In this document: in pieces, positions 51,878 through 62,643 of the stretch | Position numbering within the stretch: the first letter of the stretch is position 1 | Layout of the letters: every line of letters begins with the position of its first letter | Assembly (NCBI GenBank): GCA_963737485.1 | Contig: CAVTSR010000014.1 | Coordinates: 65,382 to 129,381, forward strand | Length of the DNA stretch: 64,000 nt | Source: an uncultured Alphaproteobacteria bacterium | GTDB lineage: Bacteria; Pseudomonadota; Alphaproteobacteria; Rhodobacterales; Rhodobacteraceae | Reading direction: 5' to 3' | Notes under the pieces: generated by a model | What the model saw: only the letters and a program-made list of their open reading frames with translations | What the model was told of the DNA's origin: nothing | Database searches by the model: none | Translations under genes and position numbers: made by a program

Positions 51878-53701
51878 ATGACCGAAGCTCTGCACCCCCG
51901 GCCGCAGATGCGCCGCCGCGACTGGACCGACCTCTGCGGCGCGTGGCAGTTCGCCCATGACGACGACGACGCCGGTCTCGCGGCCGGCTGGGCGCGGGGC
52001 GAGACCGAGCTTGCCCGCCGCATCACCGTGCCCTATCCGCCCGAATCCGCGCGCTCCGGCATCGGCGACAAGGGTTTCCACCCGGTGGTCTGGTACCGCC
52101 GCAGCTTCGAGGCACCGCCGCTCGCCGGCGGCCGGCTGCTGCTGCACTTCGGCGCGGTCGACTACGCCGCGCAGGTCTGGGTCAACGGCGCGCTCGTCGC
52201 CACGCATGTCGGCGGACATGCCTCCTTCACCGCCGACATCACCGACGCGCTTCGCCCGGACGGCGCGCAGGTCGTGGTCGTGCGCGCCGAGGACCAGCCC
52301 GGCGACGTGAGCCAGCCGCGCGGCAAGCAGGACTGGCAGCTCGAGCCGCACGCGATCTGGTATCATCGCACCACCGGCATCTGGCAGCCGGTCTGGCTGG
52401 AGCCGGTGCCGGCGACCTACATCGCCGATCTCCACATCGTCCCCGACCTCGGCCGCTGCGGCTGCCACGTGACGGTGGAGCTCGCGAGGCCTGCTCCGGG
52501 CGCCTTCGTGGCGGCGCGTCTCGGGCGCGGCGACGAGACGCTGGCCCGCGCCTCGGCGGAAGCGGGAAGCACCGCGGTGCAGCTCTTTCTGCACGTCCCG
52601 GCGCTCGAAAACGGCCAGGCGCGGCAGAGCCTGCTCTGGACGCCGGAGAGCCCGAACCTTCTCGAGCTATCCGTGACCCTCGGCGACGCCGAGGGTCGGG
52701 AGATCGACGCGGTCGAGAGCTACGCCGGCCTGCGGTCCTGCGCCGCGAAGGAGAACCGCTTCCTGCTCAACGACCGGCCGTACTACCTGCGCTCGGTGCT
52801 CGAGCAGGGCTACTGGCCCGATTCGCATCTCGCCGCTCCCGACGCGGATGCGCTGCGGCGCGAGGTCGAGCTGATCAAGGCGCTGGGCTTCAACGCCGTC
52901 CGCATCCACCAGAAGGTCGAGGATCCGCGCTTTCTCTACTGGTGTGACCGGCTCGGGCTCGCGGTCTGGGGCGAGATGGCCAATGCCTACGCCTTCTCGC
53001 CGCTGGCGGTGGAGCGGCTGGTGCGCGAGTGGCTGGAGGTGGTGCGGCGCGACCGCAACCACCCCTCGATCGTCACCTGGGTTCCGATCAACGAAAGCTG
53101 GGGCGTCGCGGACGCGGCGCTGCGCGCCGAGCAGCGGGCGCTGGTCTCGGCGATGTATCACCTCACCCACGCCCTCGATCCGACCCGGCCGGTGGTCTCG
53201 AACGACGGCTGGGAAATGACCGAGAGCGACATCGTCGCGGTGCACGACTATTCGGTCTCCGCCGACCAGCTCCGCGCGCGCTGGGGGAACCCGGAGGCGG
53301 TCGCGGCGGCGCTGGCGGGCAACGGGCCGCAGCGGCGGCGGCTGCTGCTCGAGGGGCACGTCCCGCACGGACAGCCGGTGATGATCACCGAGTTCGGCGG
53401 GATCAGCCACGCCGGCCGCGATGCCGGCGAGTGGCACGGCTACGCCTCGGTCGGCAGCGACGCGGAATACGAGGCGCACCTGCGTTCGCTCTTCGACGCG
53501 CTGCTCGACTGCCCGGACGTCGCCGGCTTCTGCTATACCCAGCTGACGGACACGCTGCAGGAGCGCAACGGCCTGCTCCGGGAGGACCGTGCGCCGAAGC
53601 TGCCGGTGGAGACGCTGCAGGCGATCATCGGCCGGCCTTCGGCGGCGGTCCCGGCAGAGCACCTGGATCTCGCGCGGAAGAAAGCGCTCGCGGCGGGATA
53701 G
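51878..53701 (+). CDS. Glycoside hydrolase family 2
   Basis: HPRPQMRR, LHFGAVDY, QPRGKQ, TGIWQPVWLE, GFNAVRIHQK, NHPSIVTWVPINESWG, TEFGG, YTQLTD. Confidence 0.92.
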   Translation: MTEALHPRPQMRRRDWTDLCGAWQFAHDDDDAGLAAGWARGETELARRITVPYPPESARSGIGDKGFHPVVWYRRSFEAPPLAGGRLLLHFGAVDYAAQVWVNGALVATHVGGHASFTADITDALRPDGAQVVVVRAEDQPGDVSQPRGKQDWQLEPHAIWYHRTTGIWQPVWLEPVPATYIADLHIVPDLGRCGCHVTVELARPAPGAFVAARLGRGDETLARASAEAGSTAVQLFLHVPALENGQARQSLLWTPESPNLLELSVTLGDAEGREIDAVESYAGLRSCAAKENRFLLNDRPYYLRSVLEQGYWPDSHLAAPDADALRREVELIKALGFNAVRIHQKVEDPRFLYWCDRLGLAVWGEMANAYAFSPLAVERLVREWLEVVRRDRNHPSIVTWVPINESWGVADAALRAEQRALVSAMYHLTHALDPTRPVVSNDGWEMTESDIVAVHDYSVSADQLRARWGNPEAVAAALAGNGPQRRRLLLEGHVPHGQPVMITEFGGISHAGRDAGEWHGYASVGSDAEYEAHLRSLFDALLDCPDVAGFCYTQLTDTLQERNGLLREDRAPKLPVETLQAIIGRPSAAVPAEHLDLARKKALAAG

Positions 53702-53733
53702 AACGGGAGAGCCTGCGAGGCTGGCTGGTGGAA

Positions 53734-54705
53734 ATGCGCGATCAGGGCCGTCGAAACCGTCGCTGCCGCTTCGGGTGGCGCGCTGGCGTGGCGGTCGCAG
53801 CCTTCGCTGCGCCGCTCCTCGGGGCGGTGGGAGCGGACGCCGCGGGGCGCTTCGTCGCGACGATGGCCTGCGAGGCCTTCCAGTCGAAGAACCGGCAGAC
53901 CAACCCCGGCGGGGTGACGACCGAGCCGGGGCGGAGCTATGCGACGGTCGCGAACACGGCGGCGCGCGACGACTGGGTGCGGATCGTCGTGCCCGGGGCG
54001 CCCACGACCGCCGACCGCTGGGTCGCGGCTTCCTGCGGGACGCTGGCGGCCGGCGCGGCGCCGGCGGAGTCGACCGACAACCTGCTCGCGCTGAACTGGC
54101 TGCCGGCCTTCTGCGAGACCCGGCCGCGGGCGCGCGAGTGCCGGGCGAGCGGCGGTGCGCGGCTCGCGGCGCACGGGCTCTGGCCCGAGCCGGACGACGC
54201 GGCCTATTGCGGGGTGCCGGCGGCGCTGGTCGAACGCGACCTGGCCGGACGGTGGGGCGAGTTGCCGGCGGTGGACCTCGAGCCGGCGCTCCGCGCCCGG
54301 CTGCGCGCGGCGATGCCCGGGACGGCGAGCTTTCTCGATCGGCACGAGTGGCTGAAGCACGGCAGCTGCTACGGCACGCCGGAGGGCTATTTCGACGACC
54401 TGACCGGGTTGACCGAAGCGGTGAACGATTCGGCGGTCGGCCGCTTCTTCGCCGGGCATGTCGGCGAGGTGGTGCAGGCGGAGGCCATCCGGTCGGCCTT
54501 CGACGCCGCCTTCGGGCAGGGGGCGGGCGCCCGCGTCGAGGTGCATTGCGTCGAGGACGGGGAGCGCCGGCTGGTCTCGGAGCTCACGATCGGCCTCGCC
54601 GGCGAGATCGGCCCGGACACCGATCCGGGCGCGCTCATGCGGGCGGCCCGCCGCCAGCCGCTCGGCTGCCGGTCGGGGGTGATCGATCCGGACGGGCTGC
54701 AGTAG
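53734..54705 (+). CDS. Exported ribonuclease T2 family protein
   Basis: Signal peptide; LALNWLPAFCE, AHGLWP (CAS I), HEWLKHGSC (CAS II). Confidence 0.9.
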   Translation: MRDQGRRNRRCRFGWRAGVAVAAFAAPLLGAVGADAAGRFVATMACEAFQSKNRQTNPGGVTTEPGRSYATVANTAARDDWVRIVVPGAPTTADRWVAASCGTLAAGAAPAESTDNLLALNWLPAFCETRPRARECRASGGARLAAHGLWPEPDDAAYCGVPAALVERDLAGRWGELPAVDLEPALRARLRAAMPGTASFLDRHEWLKHGSCYGTPEGYFDDLTGLTEAVNDSAVGRFFAGHVGEVVQAEAIRSAFDAAFGQGAGARVEVHCVEDGERRLVSELTIGLAGEIGPDTDPGALMRAARRQPLGCRSGVIDPDGLQ

Positions 54706-55227
54706 TCAGGGCCAGGCGAAGCCGATCTTGTCGAGCGGCACGCCGCAGAAGCGCTCCTGCGCCCGCGCGGCCTCGGTCCCGCCCATCCCGGCGTAGAAGC
54801 GGCAGGCGAGCGCGTTCTCGGCGAGCGCCCAGACCGTCAGCCGCTGCAGGCCGTGCCCGGAGAGCTCGCGGCGCGCGTGGGTGAAGAGGCGCCGGCCGAG
54901 GCCGCAGCCGTGGCATTCGGGGCGAAGGTAGAGCTCGTAGATCTCGCCGCCCGGCCGGGACGGGGCGCGGCTGCGGCCGAGGGTGGCGTAGCCGACCACG
55001 TCGTCGTCGCAGTCGATCACCAGCGCCCGGAAGCCGCGATCGTGCATCCGCGCCCACCACGTCGGGCCGCGGCGCGCGATCATCCGCTCGAGGGTCACGC
55101 CGGGAATCAGCCCGGCGTAGGCATAGCGCCAGGCGGCGCGATGGGTGTCGGCGAGGCCGCAGTCGTCGGCGCCCGTGGACCAGCGGGTCGCGATCCGGCC
55201 GCCATGCTCGCTGTCGTACTCGGACAT
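54706..55227 (-). CDS. GNAT N-acetyltransferase
   Basis: IYELYLRPECHGCGLGRRLF, VWALAEN..ACRFY. Confidence 0.9.
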   Translation of the reverse strand: MSEYDSEHGGRIATRWSTGADDCGLADTHRAAWRYAYAGLIPGVTLERMIARRGPTWWARMHDRGFRALVIDCDDDVVGYATLGRSRAPSRPGGEIYELYLRPECHGCGLGRRLFTHARRELSGHGLQRLTVWALAENALACRFYAGMGGTEAARAQERFCGVPLDKIGFAWP

Positions 55228-55362
55228 GGCGGCATGATACCCCGGACCGCGCGCCTTCGCCGCATTTTTCGGTGATGGCGCCGATGGACCCCCGACGGCG
55301 ATTGTGCGATCCTGACGCGACAATCCCATTGGATGCGACGGGCACTGGAGCGTTCCGCGCCG

Positions 55363-55668
55363 ATGAGCACCAGCATTACCCGGCCCCGGGCCGAGGCGAA
55401 GCCGAAGACCGAGCGGCCGAAGGTCTACAAGGTCATCCTGCTGAACGACGACTTCACCCCGCGCGACTTCGTCGTGACGGTGCTGCGCGCGGTCTTCGGG
55501 ATGAACAGCGACCAGGCGCTCGGGGTCATGCTGACCGCGCACCAGCTCGGCAGCTGCGTGGTCGCGGTCTATACCCGCGAGGTCGCCGAGACCAAGGCGA
55601 CCCAGGCGACCGAGATGGGCCAGCAGGAGGGCTATCCGCTGATGTTCACCACCGAGCCGGAGGAATAG
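55363..55668 (+). CDS. clpS: ATP-dependent Clp protease adaptor ClpS
   Basis: YKVILLNDDFTPRDFVV, MLTAH, YTREVAETKA, YPLMFTTEPEE. Confidence 0.95.
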   Translation: MSTSITRPRAEAKPKTERPKVYKVILLNDDFTPRDFVVTVLRAVFGMNSDQALGVMLTAHQLGSCVVAVYTREVAETKATQATEMGQQEGYPLMFTTEPEE

Positions 55669-55689
55669 CCGGCGCGCACCGCGACGGCC

Positions 55690-56506
55690 TCAGCCCGGCG
55701 CCGCACAGCCCTCGATGTCGACGGCGCGCCGGGCATCGAGCACGGTCAGCCGCAGCGATCGCCGCTCGAGCACCGGGCCGGCGGCGCCCCCCGTCTCGAT
55801 CGGGGCGCGGGCCGAGACGGTCCGTCCGCGGGTCTCGCTCGCGGCGGGGCCGATCCACAGGTTCGGCTGGCTCGAATTCGAGCACGGCGAGCTGGCCCGG
55901 GCCGGGGGCGTCGGCGAAGGTGACGGTCGCCTCGACCTCGTAGCCGTCGCTGCCGGGTACGAGCGCGCAGGTCGCATCGACGACGCCGGCATCCGCGGCG
56001 CTCACGGCGCGTTCGGCGAGGGCCGCCTCGATGTCGGCGCGGCCCTGGGGGACGGCTCCGGGCGCGATCCGCGCGGTCACCGTCGCCGCGGCGGGCACGC
56101 AGACATCGCCGCAGACCCCGAAGGAGGCCGCGAGGCGGAGGTCGATCGGCGCGGCCGGGTCGGCCGAGGTCAGCCGCACCGGCAGGACCAGGCTGCCGGT
56201 ATAGCCGAGCGTCCGCATCCCTTCGTACTCGAACACCCGCGGGTGCGGCCACTCGTAGGCGACCGAGGCAAGGTTGCTCGAACCGGACCAGTCGAAGCTC
56301 GGCGGGATTCCCGCGTCTCCCGGAACGCGCCAGTAGGTATGCCAGCCCGGCGCGAGCCCGATCGCGACCGCCGCGAGCCGGCTGCCGTCCGGCTGCTGCC
56401 AGCCGCCGAGGATGCGGACGCCGGTCACTCCCTGCGGGAGGGTCTGCGCCGACGCGAAAGGCGCGAAGGCGGCCGACAGGGCGAGGGTGGCGAGCAGGGT
56501 GCGCAT
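55690..56506 (-). CDS. DsbD N-terminal-like domain protein (frameshift at about 55880)
   Basis: Signal peptide; LAPGWHTYWRVPGDAGIPP, FGVCGDVCVP; sits next to yqgE as is usual in this group. Confidence 0.85.
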
Positions 56507-56642
56507 CGGGATCCGGAGCTGGTAAGTCGCGGACAATTGGCATGAAATGCCGTGGCCCGATAGTCACAATGCGGCGAGGAGCGGCGCGGCGGATACCCGG
56601 CGCTCGCTTGTATTCCTCGCCCGACGGCCTCATCTTCGGGCG

Positions 56643-57215
56643 ATGCACAGCCCCGAAGCGACTTTCCTGCAAGGCCAGCTGCTGATCGCCATGCCCGGCA
56701 TGGGCGACCTGCGCTTCGAGCGCTCGGTGATCTTTCTCTGCAAGCATTCCGAGGAGGGGGCGATGGGGCTCATCGTCAACAAGCCGGCGCCGGAGCTTTC
56801 CTTCGCCGACCTGCTCGGGCAGCTCAAGATCCAGTCGACGGTCGACCTCAAGGCGACGCGGGTGCATTTCGGCGGGCCGGTCGAGCACGGGCGCGGCTTC
56901 GTGCTGCACTCGGCCGAATACCACGTCGCGGAGTCGAGCGAGGCGGTCGGCCCGGATTTCGCGATGACCGCGACGATCGACATCCTGCAGGACATGGCGC
57001 GCGGCGAGGGGCCGGAGCGGGCGCTGCTGGCGCTCGGCTATGCCGGCTGGGGCGCCGGACAGCTCGAGGGCGAGATCCAGGCCAACGGCTGGCTGACCGC
57101 GCCGGCGGACGTGGAGCTGGTCTTCGGCACCCGCGACCGCGAGAAGTGGGGCGCCGCCCTGCGCTCGATCTCGATCGACCCGCGGCTCCTCTCGGCCGAG
57201 GGCGGCCGGGCCTGA
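56643..57215 (+). CDS. YqgE/AlgH family protein
   Basis: LLIAMPGMGD.RFERSVI, GAMGLIVNK, GGPVEHGRGFVLHS, LGYAGWGAGQLEGEI. Confidence 0.95.
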   Translation: MHSPEATFLQGQLLIAMPGMGDLRFERSVIFLCKHSEEGAMGLIVNKPAPELSFADLLGQLKIQSTVDLKATRVHFGGPVEHGRGFVLHSAEYHVAESSEAVGPDFAMTATIDILQDMARGEGPERALLALGYAGWGAGQLEGEIQANGWLTAPADVELVFGTRDREKWGAALRSISIDPRLLSAEGGRA

Positions 57216-57288
57216 GGCCGCGTGCGGCCGTCGTCCGGGTCGGGTCGAAGATGGCGGCGGGCGCGCGTCCTCCGAGGCGCCGTCGGTA

Positions 57289-57510
57289 TCAGCCGGCCAG
57301 GGCCATTCCCGGCTGGCCCAGCTCGCGGGCGAGCCGCGCCGCCACCGCCTGCCAGAAGGATCGCTCGGCCGCCGCGAGCCCCGGCTCTGCCGCGGCGCGA
57401 AGCGCCTCTTCCTTCGCCCGCGCACCGTGCGCCTCGATCAGGCAGCTCGCCCGCTGCCGGATCGTGCGGCCATAGGCGATCCGCCGCTCCAGGTTCGGAT
57501 ACATCGACAC
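57289..57510 (-). CDS. Small hypothetical protein (73 aa)
   Basis: Clean ORF with a GGGGA SD-like sequence upstream; fills the gap between two genes. Confidence 0.55.
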   Translation of the reverse strand: MSMYPNLERRIAYGRTIRQRASCLIEAHGARAKEEALRAAAEPGLAAAERSFWQAVAARLARELGQPGMALAG

Positions 57511-57698
57511 ATTCCCCCCGTTTTCACGGACAGCATCGAATTGCGAGAAATCAATCGCAAGTTCAAGAATATTGATAGCTTAACGCCTGCCGTTCATCCG
57601 CGCCTGTGGCATCGCCGCATCGCTCGCGGTTTTGGCACCGGAAGGCCGCCGGTTCCGACCTAATCTCTGGGGGCGAAATCCACTCGGGAGGAACTCGA

Positions 57699-58599
57699 AT
57701 GCAGCAGCGCAGGAAAGCCAGCGACTTCGACCAGCGGATCCTCGAGCTCTACGACGGCTACGTGCACGGCCGGATGTCGAAGCGCGATTTCCTCGACCAT
57801 GCGGCGAAGTATACCGTCGGCGGAGTGACGGCGATGGCGGTGCTGGAGGCGCTGCAACCGGACTATGCGCTGGCGCAGCAGGTCGCGCCGGACGATCCGG
57901 CGATCGTGACCGAGCGCATCGAGTACGCCTCGCCCGAGGGCACGGGCACGATCAGGGCGCTGTCGGCGCGGCCGGCCGCGCGCTGACGGCCCGCTGCCGG
58001 CGGTGCTCGTCGTGCACGAGAACCGCGGGCTCAATCCCTATATCGAGGACGTCGTGCGCCGGGTCGGCAAGGCCGGCTACCTGGCGCTCGGGCCGGACGG
58101 GCTGTCCTCGCTCGGCGGCTATCCCGGCAGCGACGAGAAGGGGCGCGAGATGCAGTCGAGCCTCGACCCCGCGAAGCTGATGCAGGACTTCTTCGCCGGC
58201 TTCCAGTTCCTGCTCGACCACGAAGGCTCGACCGGCAAGGTCGGCGCGGTCGGCTTCTGCTATGGCGGCGGGGTCTGCAACGCGCTCGCCGTCGCCTATC
58301 CGGAGATGTCGGCCTCCGTGCCCTTCTACGGCCGGCAGCCCAAGGCCGCGGACGTGCCTTCGATCAGGGCGCCGCTGCTGCTGCATTATGCCGGGCTCGA
58401 CGACAACGTGAACAAGGGGTGGCCGGACTACGAGGCGGCGCTGAAGGCGAACGGCAAGGTCTACGAGGCCTATATCTATCCGGGCGTCAACCACGGCTTC
58501 CACAACGACACGACGCCGCGCTACGACGAGGCGGCGGCGGAGCTCGCCTGGTCGCGCACGCTCGCCTGGTTCGAGACCTACCTGCGGAGCGCCGCCTGA
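57699..58599 (+). CDS. Dienelactone hydrolase family protein, YghX-like (frameshift at about 57975)
   Basis: [52 protein letters not shown]. Confidence 0.92.
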
Positions 58600-58608
58600 A
58601 ACGCGGCT

Positions 58609-59010
58609 TCAGTCGTAGGCGTCTTCCTCGATCGCCGTGCCCTGGAAGGCTTCGCGCAGCCAGTGACCGTCCTCGCGGATCCAGACCTGGGTGAACCGGA
58701 TCGTCAGGTCGCGCGGGTCGTCCTCGGTCCGGATGCCGGTGCCGCGCAGCACGTTGACCCCGGTGACGATGGCGATGTCGCCGTGGCGGCGGATCGCGGT
58801 ATCGCGCAGACCGATGCTGGTGCCGCTTCCGGCCCGGCAGCGGGCATAGGCGAGCCAGGTCTCCCGCCCGAGGATGGCGCCCGCGACATCGACGTGCGAA
58901 TAGTCGGGTGCGAGAAGCTGCGCCAGCGTGGCCGCGTCGCCGGCCGCCCAGGCGCGGCCGAATCGCTCGATCTCCGTCTCCAGCTCGGCGGTTTCATGGT
59001 CGTGCGACAT
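58609..59010 (-). CDS. NTF2-like (DUF4440-type) protein
   Basis: RAWAAGDAATLAQLLAPDY, HGDIAIVTG, RFTQVWIREDGHW. Confidence 0.82.
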   Translation of the reverse strand: MSHDHETAELETEIERFGRAWAAGDAATLAQLLAPDYSHVDVAGAILGRETWLAYARCRAGSGTSIGLRDTAIRRHGDIAIVTGVNVLRGTGIRTEDDPRDLTIRFTQVWIREDGHWLREAFQGTAIEEDAYD

Positions 59011-59114
59011 CCGGTATTCCCCCTGTCCCGGTTGTCCAGCCACCCTAGCACTCGCGTGGCGATGCCGCACCCCGCAATTGCCGGTACCAGGCCCCCGGCG
59101 GGGGAGATCCCGGG

Positions 59115-59615
59115 TCAGGCCTCCCGCCGCTCGGCCTCGGGGTTCATCCGCCAGAGCGCGAAATTGAGCGCGGCGGCGTAGCTGACCCAGGCGAGATAGG
59201 GCAGCAGCAGCCAGCCGGCGACGGCAGCGACCTGGAAGAAAGCCGCGACCGTCGCGGCCAGCGCCACCCAGAAGACGAGGATGACGACCAGCGCCGCGCC
59301 GAGGCGGTGCAGGCCGAAGAAGGCCGGCGACCAGACCGCGTTCAGCACCAGCTGCCAGCACCAGAGCGCGAGCGCGCAAAGCGCCAGCGGCGAGCCGCTG
59401 GCCGTGACCAGCCAGGCGGCGATCGCCATCAGGGTGTAGAGCACGGTCCAGGCGATCGGGAACAGCCAGTCGGGCGGGGTCCAGCCCGGCTTGCGCAGCG
59501 TGCGGTACCAGGTTCCCGGCAGGAACAGCGATCCCGCGGCGCCGGCGCTCGCGACGGCTGCAAGCAGCACCAGCGGCGTCAGCCAGACCGGCAGGCTGGC
59601 GAGCATCGGATCCAT
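59115..59615 (-). CDS. tspO: TspO/MBR family protein
   Basis: WYRTLRKPGWTPPDWLFPIAWTVLY, LNAVWSPAFFG, PYLAWVSYAAALN. Confidence 0.94.
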   Translation of the reverse strand: MDPMLASLPVWLTPLVLLAAVASAGAAGSLFLPGTWYRTLRKPGWTPPDWLFPIAWTVLYTLMAIAAWLVTASGSPLALCALALWCWQLVLNAVWSPAFFGLHRLGAALVVILVFWVALAATVAAFFQVAAVAGWLLLPYLAWVSYAAALNFALWRMNPEAERREA

Positions 59616-59761
59616 CGGTTTCCTCCGTCGTTCGCGGGCACCTGCGGGATGCGGCGGCGGCAAGTCAATGGTCTTGGGCTGCCCGCCGGGCTGGCGGTAA
59701 CGCCTTGGTAATCACGCGTGCCTAGACCCGGGTCGACGGCGGTCTGAGGAGAAGCCCTGAC

Positions 59762-60566
59762 ATGACGCCCCGGTCCCGCCTCGGGCTCGGCTTGGCACTC
59801 GCGGTCCTCATGGCGGCGGGCCGGGGCTTTGCGTCCGAGCCGGAATCCGTCGGATCTCTGCGAGCGCGCGATCATGGACGGGGCGCGCCGCGGCGGGGTG
59901 CCGCCCGAGGTGCTGCACGCCGTGGCGCTGACCGAGACCGGGCGCCACCGCGACGGGCGGATGCGCGCCTGGCCCTGGGCGGTCAACCGCGAGGGCAAGG
60001 GCTACTGGTTCGAGACCCGCGACGAGGCGCTCGACTTCGCGAGGAAGAGCCTCGCCGAGGGGCGGCCGAGCTTCGACGTCGGCTGCGTGCAGATCAACTA
60101 CCGCTGGCACGGGCACGCCTTTCCGACGATCGAGGCGATGTTCGATCCGGAGTGGACCGCGACCTATGCGGCGCAGTTCCTGCGCACGCTCTACGAGGAG
60201 CGCGGCAGCTGGTCGGCGGCGGCGGGCGCCTATCACTCGCTCAGCCCGGAGGAGGCGGCACCGTATCGCGCCCGCTTCGACCGGCTGCTCGCCGACATCG
60301 ACCCCGGGGCGCTGACCGACACCGAGACGCTGGTCGCCGCGGTCGCGCCGGAGCGCGCGCTCAGCACCCGCGCCGCCCGCCGCGAGGCGCAGCGCCGGGC
60401 GATGGCCGAGCGCATCGCCGCCGCCGGACCCCCGCCCGAGCCGGGCGCAGGCGGCATCGCGGGCGCGCTCTTCGTGCCGGCGGCGGGGTCGCTGCTCGCG
60501 CCGGGCAAGCCGCTCCTCACCCAGGCGCAGCCGCTGATCGCGGCCGCGCCCGGCGGGCTGTTCTGA
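59762..60566 (+). CDS. Lytic transglycosylase (SLT), flagellar-cluster associated (frameshift at about 59855)
   Basis: AVALTETG, WPWAVNREG, DVGCVQINYRWH, AAGAYHS; directly upstream of flhA. Confidence 0.88.
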
Positions 60567-60567
60567 C

Positions 60568-62643
60568 ATGGAGCTGAGCCTGAAGGCGCTCTACCAGCCG
60601 ACCGTGCTGCTCGCGATGGCGCTGATGACGGTCATCGCGATGATGATCCTGCCGATGCCGGCCTTCGTGCTCGACATGGGGCTGGCGGCGTCCTTCGCGA
60701 TCTCGATCCTGATCTTCACCATCACGCTCTTCATCCAGCGGCCGCTCGACTTCTCCGCCTTTCCGACCGTGCTGCTCGCGAGCCTGATGCTGCGGCTGTC
60801 GCTCAACGTCTCCTCGACCAAGCTCATCATCGGCCAGGGCCATACCGGCACCAAGGCGGCGGGGAAGGTGATCGAGGGCTTCGCGATGTTCATCATGGGC
60901 GGCTCGGTCTTTCTCGGCCTCGTCGTCTTCGGGGTGCTGCTGATCGTCAACTTCATCGTCATCACCAAGGGGGCGGGCCGCATGGCCGAGGTCGGCGCGC
61001 GCTTCGCGCTCGACGGCATGCCGGGCAAGCAGCTCGCCATCGACAGCGACATGGCGGCGGGGGCGATCAGCCATGCCGAGGCACGCGAGCGGCGGCGGAT
61101 CGAGCAGGAGGAGACCACGTTCTTCGGCTCGCTCGACGGCGCCTCGAAGTTCGTCAAGGGCGATGCGGTGGCGGGCCTGCTGATCACGCTGCTCAACCTG
61201 GTGATGGGCCTGGCGATGGGCGTGCTGGTGCACGGGATGCCGCTGCGCGACGCCTTTGAGACCTATTCGATCCTCACCGTCGGCGACGGCCTCGTGACGC
61301 AGATCCCGGCGGTCATCATCTCGATCGCGAGCGCGATGCTGCTGTCCAAGGGCGGGCTCGTCGGCTCGACCGACCGGGCGCTGATCCGCCAGCTCGGCGG
61401 ATATCCGACCGCGCTCGCCACCGTCGCGGTGCTGATGCTGCTCTTCGCCTTCATCCCGGGCCTGCCGTTCATCCCCTTCGTGATCGGCGCCGGCAGCCTC
61501 GGCGCCGCCGCCTGGGTGGCGCACCAGACCAGGCTGCGCGAGGCTGCGGCCGCGGCGGCGCCGGCAGAGCCGCGGGCGCAGACCAGGAAGTCGCTCGGGG
61601 ATCTCCTCGACGTCGACGAGATCCACATGGAGTTCTCGCCCAACCTGGTGCCGGTGGTGATGGACGAGGCGACCGGGCTCGACGCGCGCATCCTCAACAT
61701 GCGCAACCACATCGCCAGCGAGTTCGGCCTGATCCTCCCCGAGATCCGGCTGACCGACAATCCGGGGTTGCCCCCCGGAACCTACGCGATCCGGGTGCAG
61801 GGGGTCGAGGTCGCGCGCAGCGCCATCGAGACCGACCGGGTGCTGGTGCTCCTGCCCGACGACGACGCGCCGGCCCCCGAGGGCCGCTCGGTCGCCGAGC
61901 CGGTCTACGGGGCGCCCGCGCGCTGGATCGATCCGGCGCGGCAGGAGGAGGCGGCGCTGATGGGGCTGTCGGTCGTGACGCCGACCGAGGTGGTGGCGAC
62001 GCATCTGCTCGAGATCGTCAAGGCGAGCTTCGGCCGGCTCTTCACCCGCCGCAGCCTGCGCAAGCTTCTCGAGGAGTTCACCTCGCTCAGCGACGGCAAG
62101 CGCGCCGAGGCGAACCGGCGGATGCTCGACGAGTTCGTCCCCGACAAGGTGCCGATCGACATGCTGCAGTCGGTACTGCGGCTGCTGCTCGAGGAAAGGG
62201 TGTCGATCCGCAACCTGCCGCTGATCCTCGAGGCGATCGCCGAGGCGCATGCCCCCGGCGCCAGCCCGGAGGTGCTCTGCGAGCACGTCCGCCACCGCAT
62301 CGGCTTCCAGCTCGTCGCCGGGGTGCAGGAGGCCGACGGCGCGCTGCCGCTGATCCAGCTCAACCCGTCGTGGGAAGAGCTGTTCCAGACCTACCAGCTT
62401 CCCGACGGCGCCGGGATCGTCGACGTCGCGCTGCCGCCGGCCGAGTTCAACCGCCTCGCGGGCTCGGTCGCCGAGAAGATCGCCCAGGCCGGGGCGCAGG
62501 GCCGCTATCCCGCGGTCGTCACCTCGACCAAGCGGCGGCGCTTCCTGCACACGGTCCTGAGCGCCAAGGGCATCCGCAACCCGGTCCTCTCGTTCGAGGA
62601 GATCGGCACCAACGCCCGCCCCGCGGTGCTCGGGCTCGCCTGA
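60568..62643 (+). CDS. flhA: Flagellar biosynthesis protein FlhA
   Basis: PLDFSAFPTVLL, RLSLNVSST, RMAEVGARFALDGMPGKQLAID, FFGSLDGASKFVKGDA. Confidence 0.96.
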   Translation: MELSLKALYQPTVLLAMALMTVIAMMILPMPAFVLDMGLAASFAISILIFTITLFIQRPLDFSAFPTVLLASLMLRLSLNVSSTKLIIGQGHTGTKAAGKVIEGFAMFIMGGSVFLGLVVFGVLLIVNFIVITKGAGRMAEVGARFALDGMPGKQLAIDSDMAAGAISHAEARERRRIEQEETTFFGSLDGASKFVKGDAVAGLLITLLNLVMGLAMGVLVHGMPLRDAFETYSILTVGDGLVTQIPAVIISIASAMLLSKGGLVGSTDRALIRQLGGYPTALATVAVLMLLFAFIPGLPFIPFVIGAGSLGAAAWVAHQTRLREAAAAAAPAEPRAQTRKSLGDLLDVDEIHMEFSPNLVPVVMDEATGLDARILNMRNHIASEFGLILPEIRLTDNPGLPPGTYAIRVQGVEVARSAIETDRVLVLLPDDDAPAPEGRSVAEPVYGAPARWIDPARQEEAALMGLSVVTPTEVVATHLLEIVKASFGRLFTRRSLRKLLEEFTSLSDGKRAEANRRMLDEFVPDKVPIDMLQSVLRLLLEERVSIRNLPLILEAIAEAHAPGASPEVLCEHVRHRIGFQLVAGVQEADGALPLIQLNPSWEELFQTYQLPDGAGIVDVALPPAEFNRLAGSVAEKIAQAGAQGRYPAVVTSTKRRRFLHTVLSAKGIRNPVLSFEEIGTNARPAVLGLA

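Noticed and set aside
59115-59615. tspO as evidence of a photosynthesis gene cluster
   Set aside because: No crt, bch or puf genes are nearby; stand-alone tspO is common.
59696-59712. CtrA site upstream of slt (GTAA-N7-GTAAT)
   Set aside because: Both half-sites mismatch the consensus; too weak to call.
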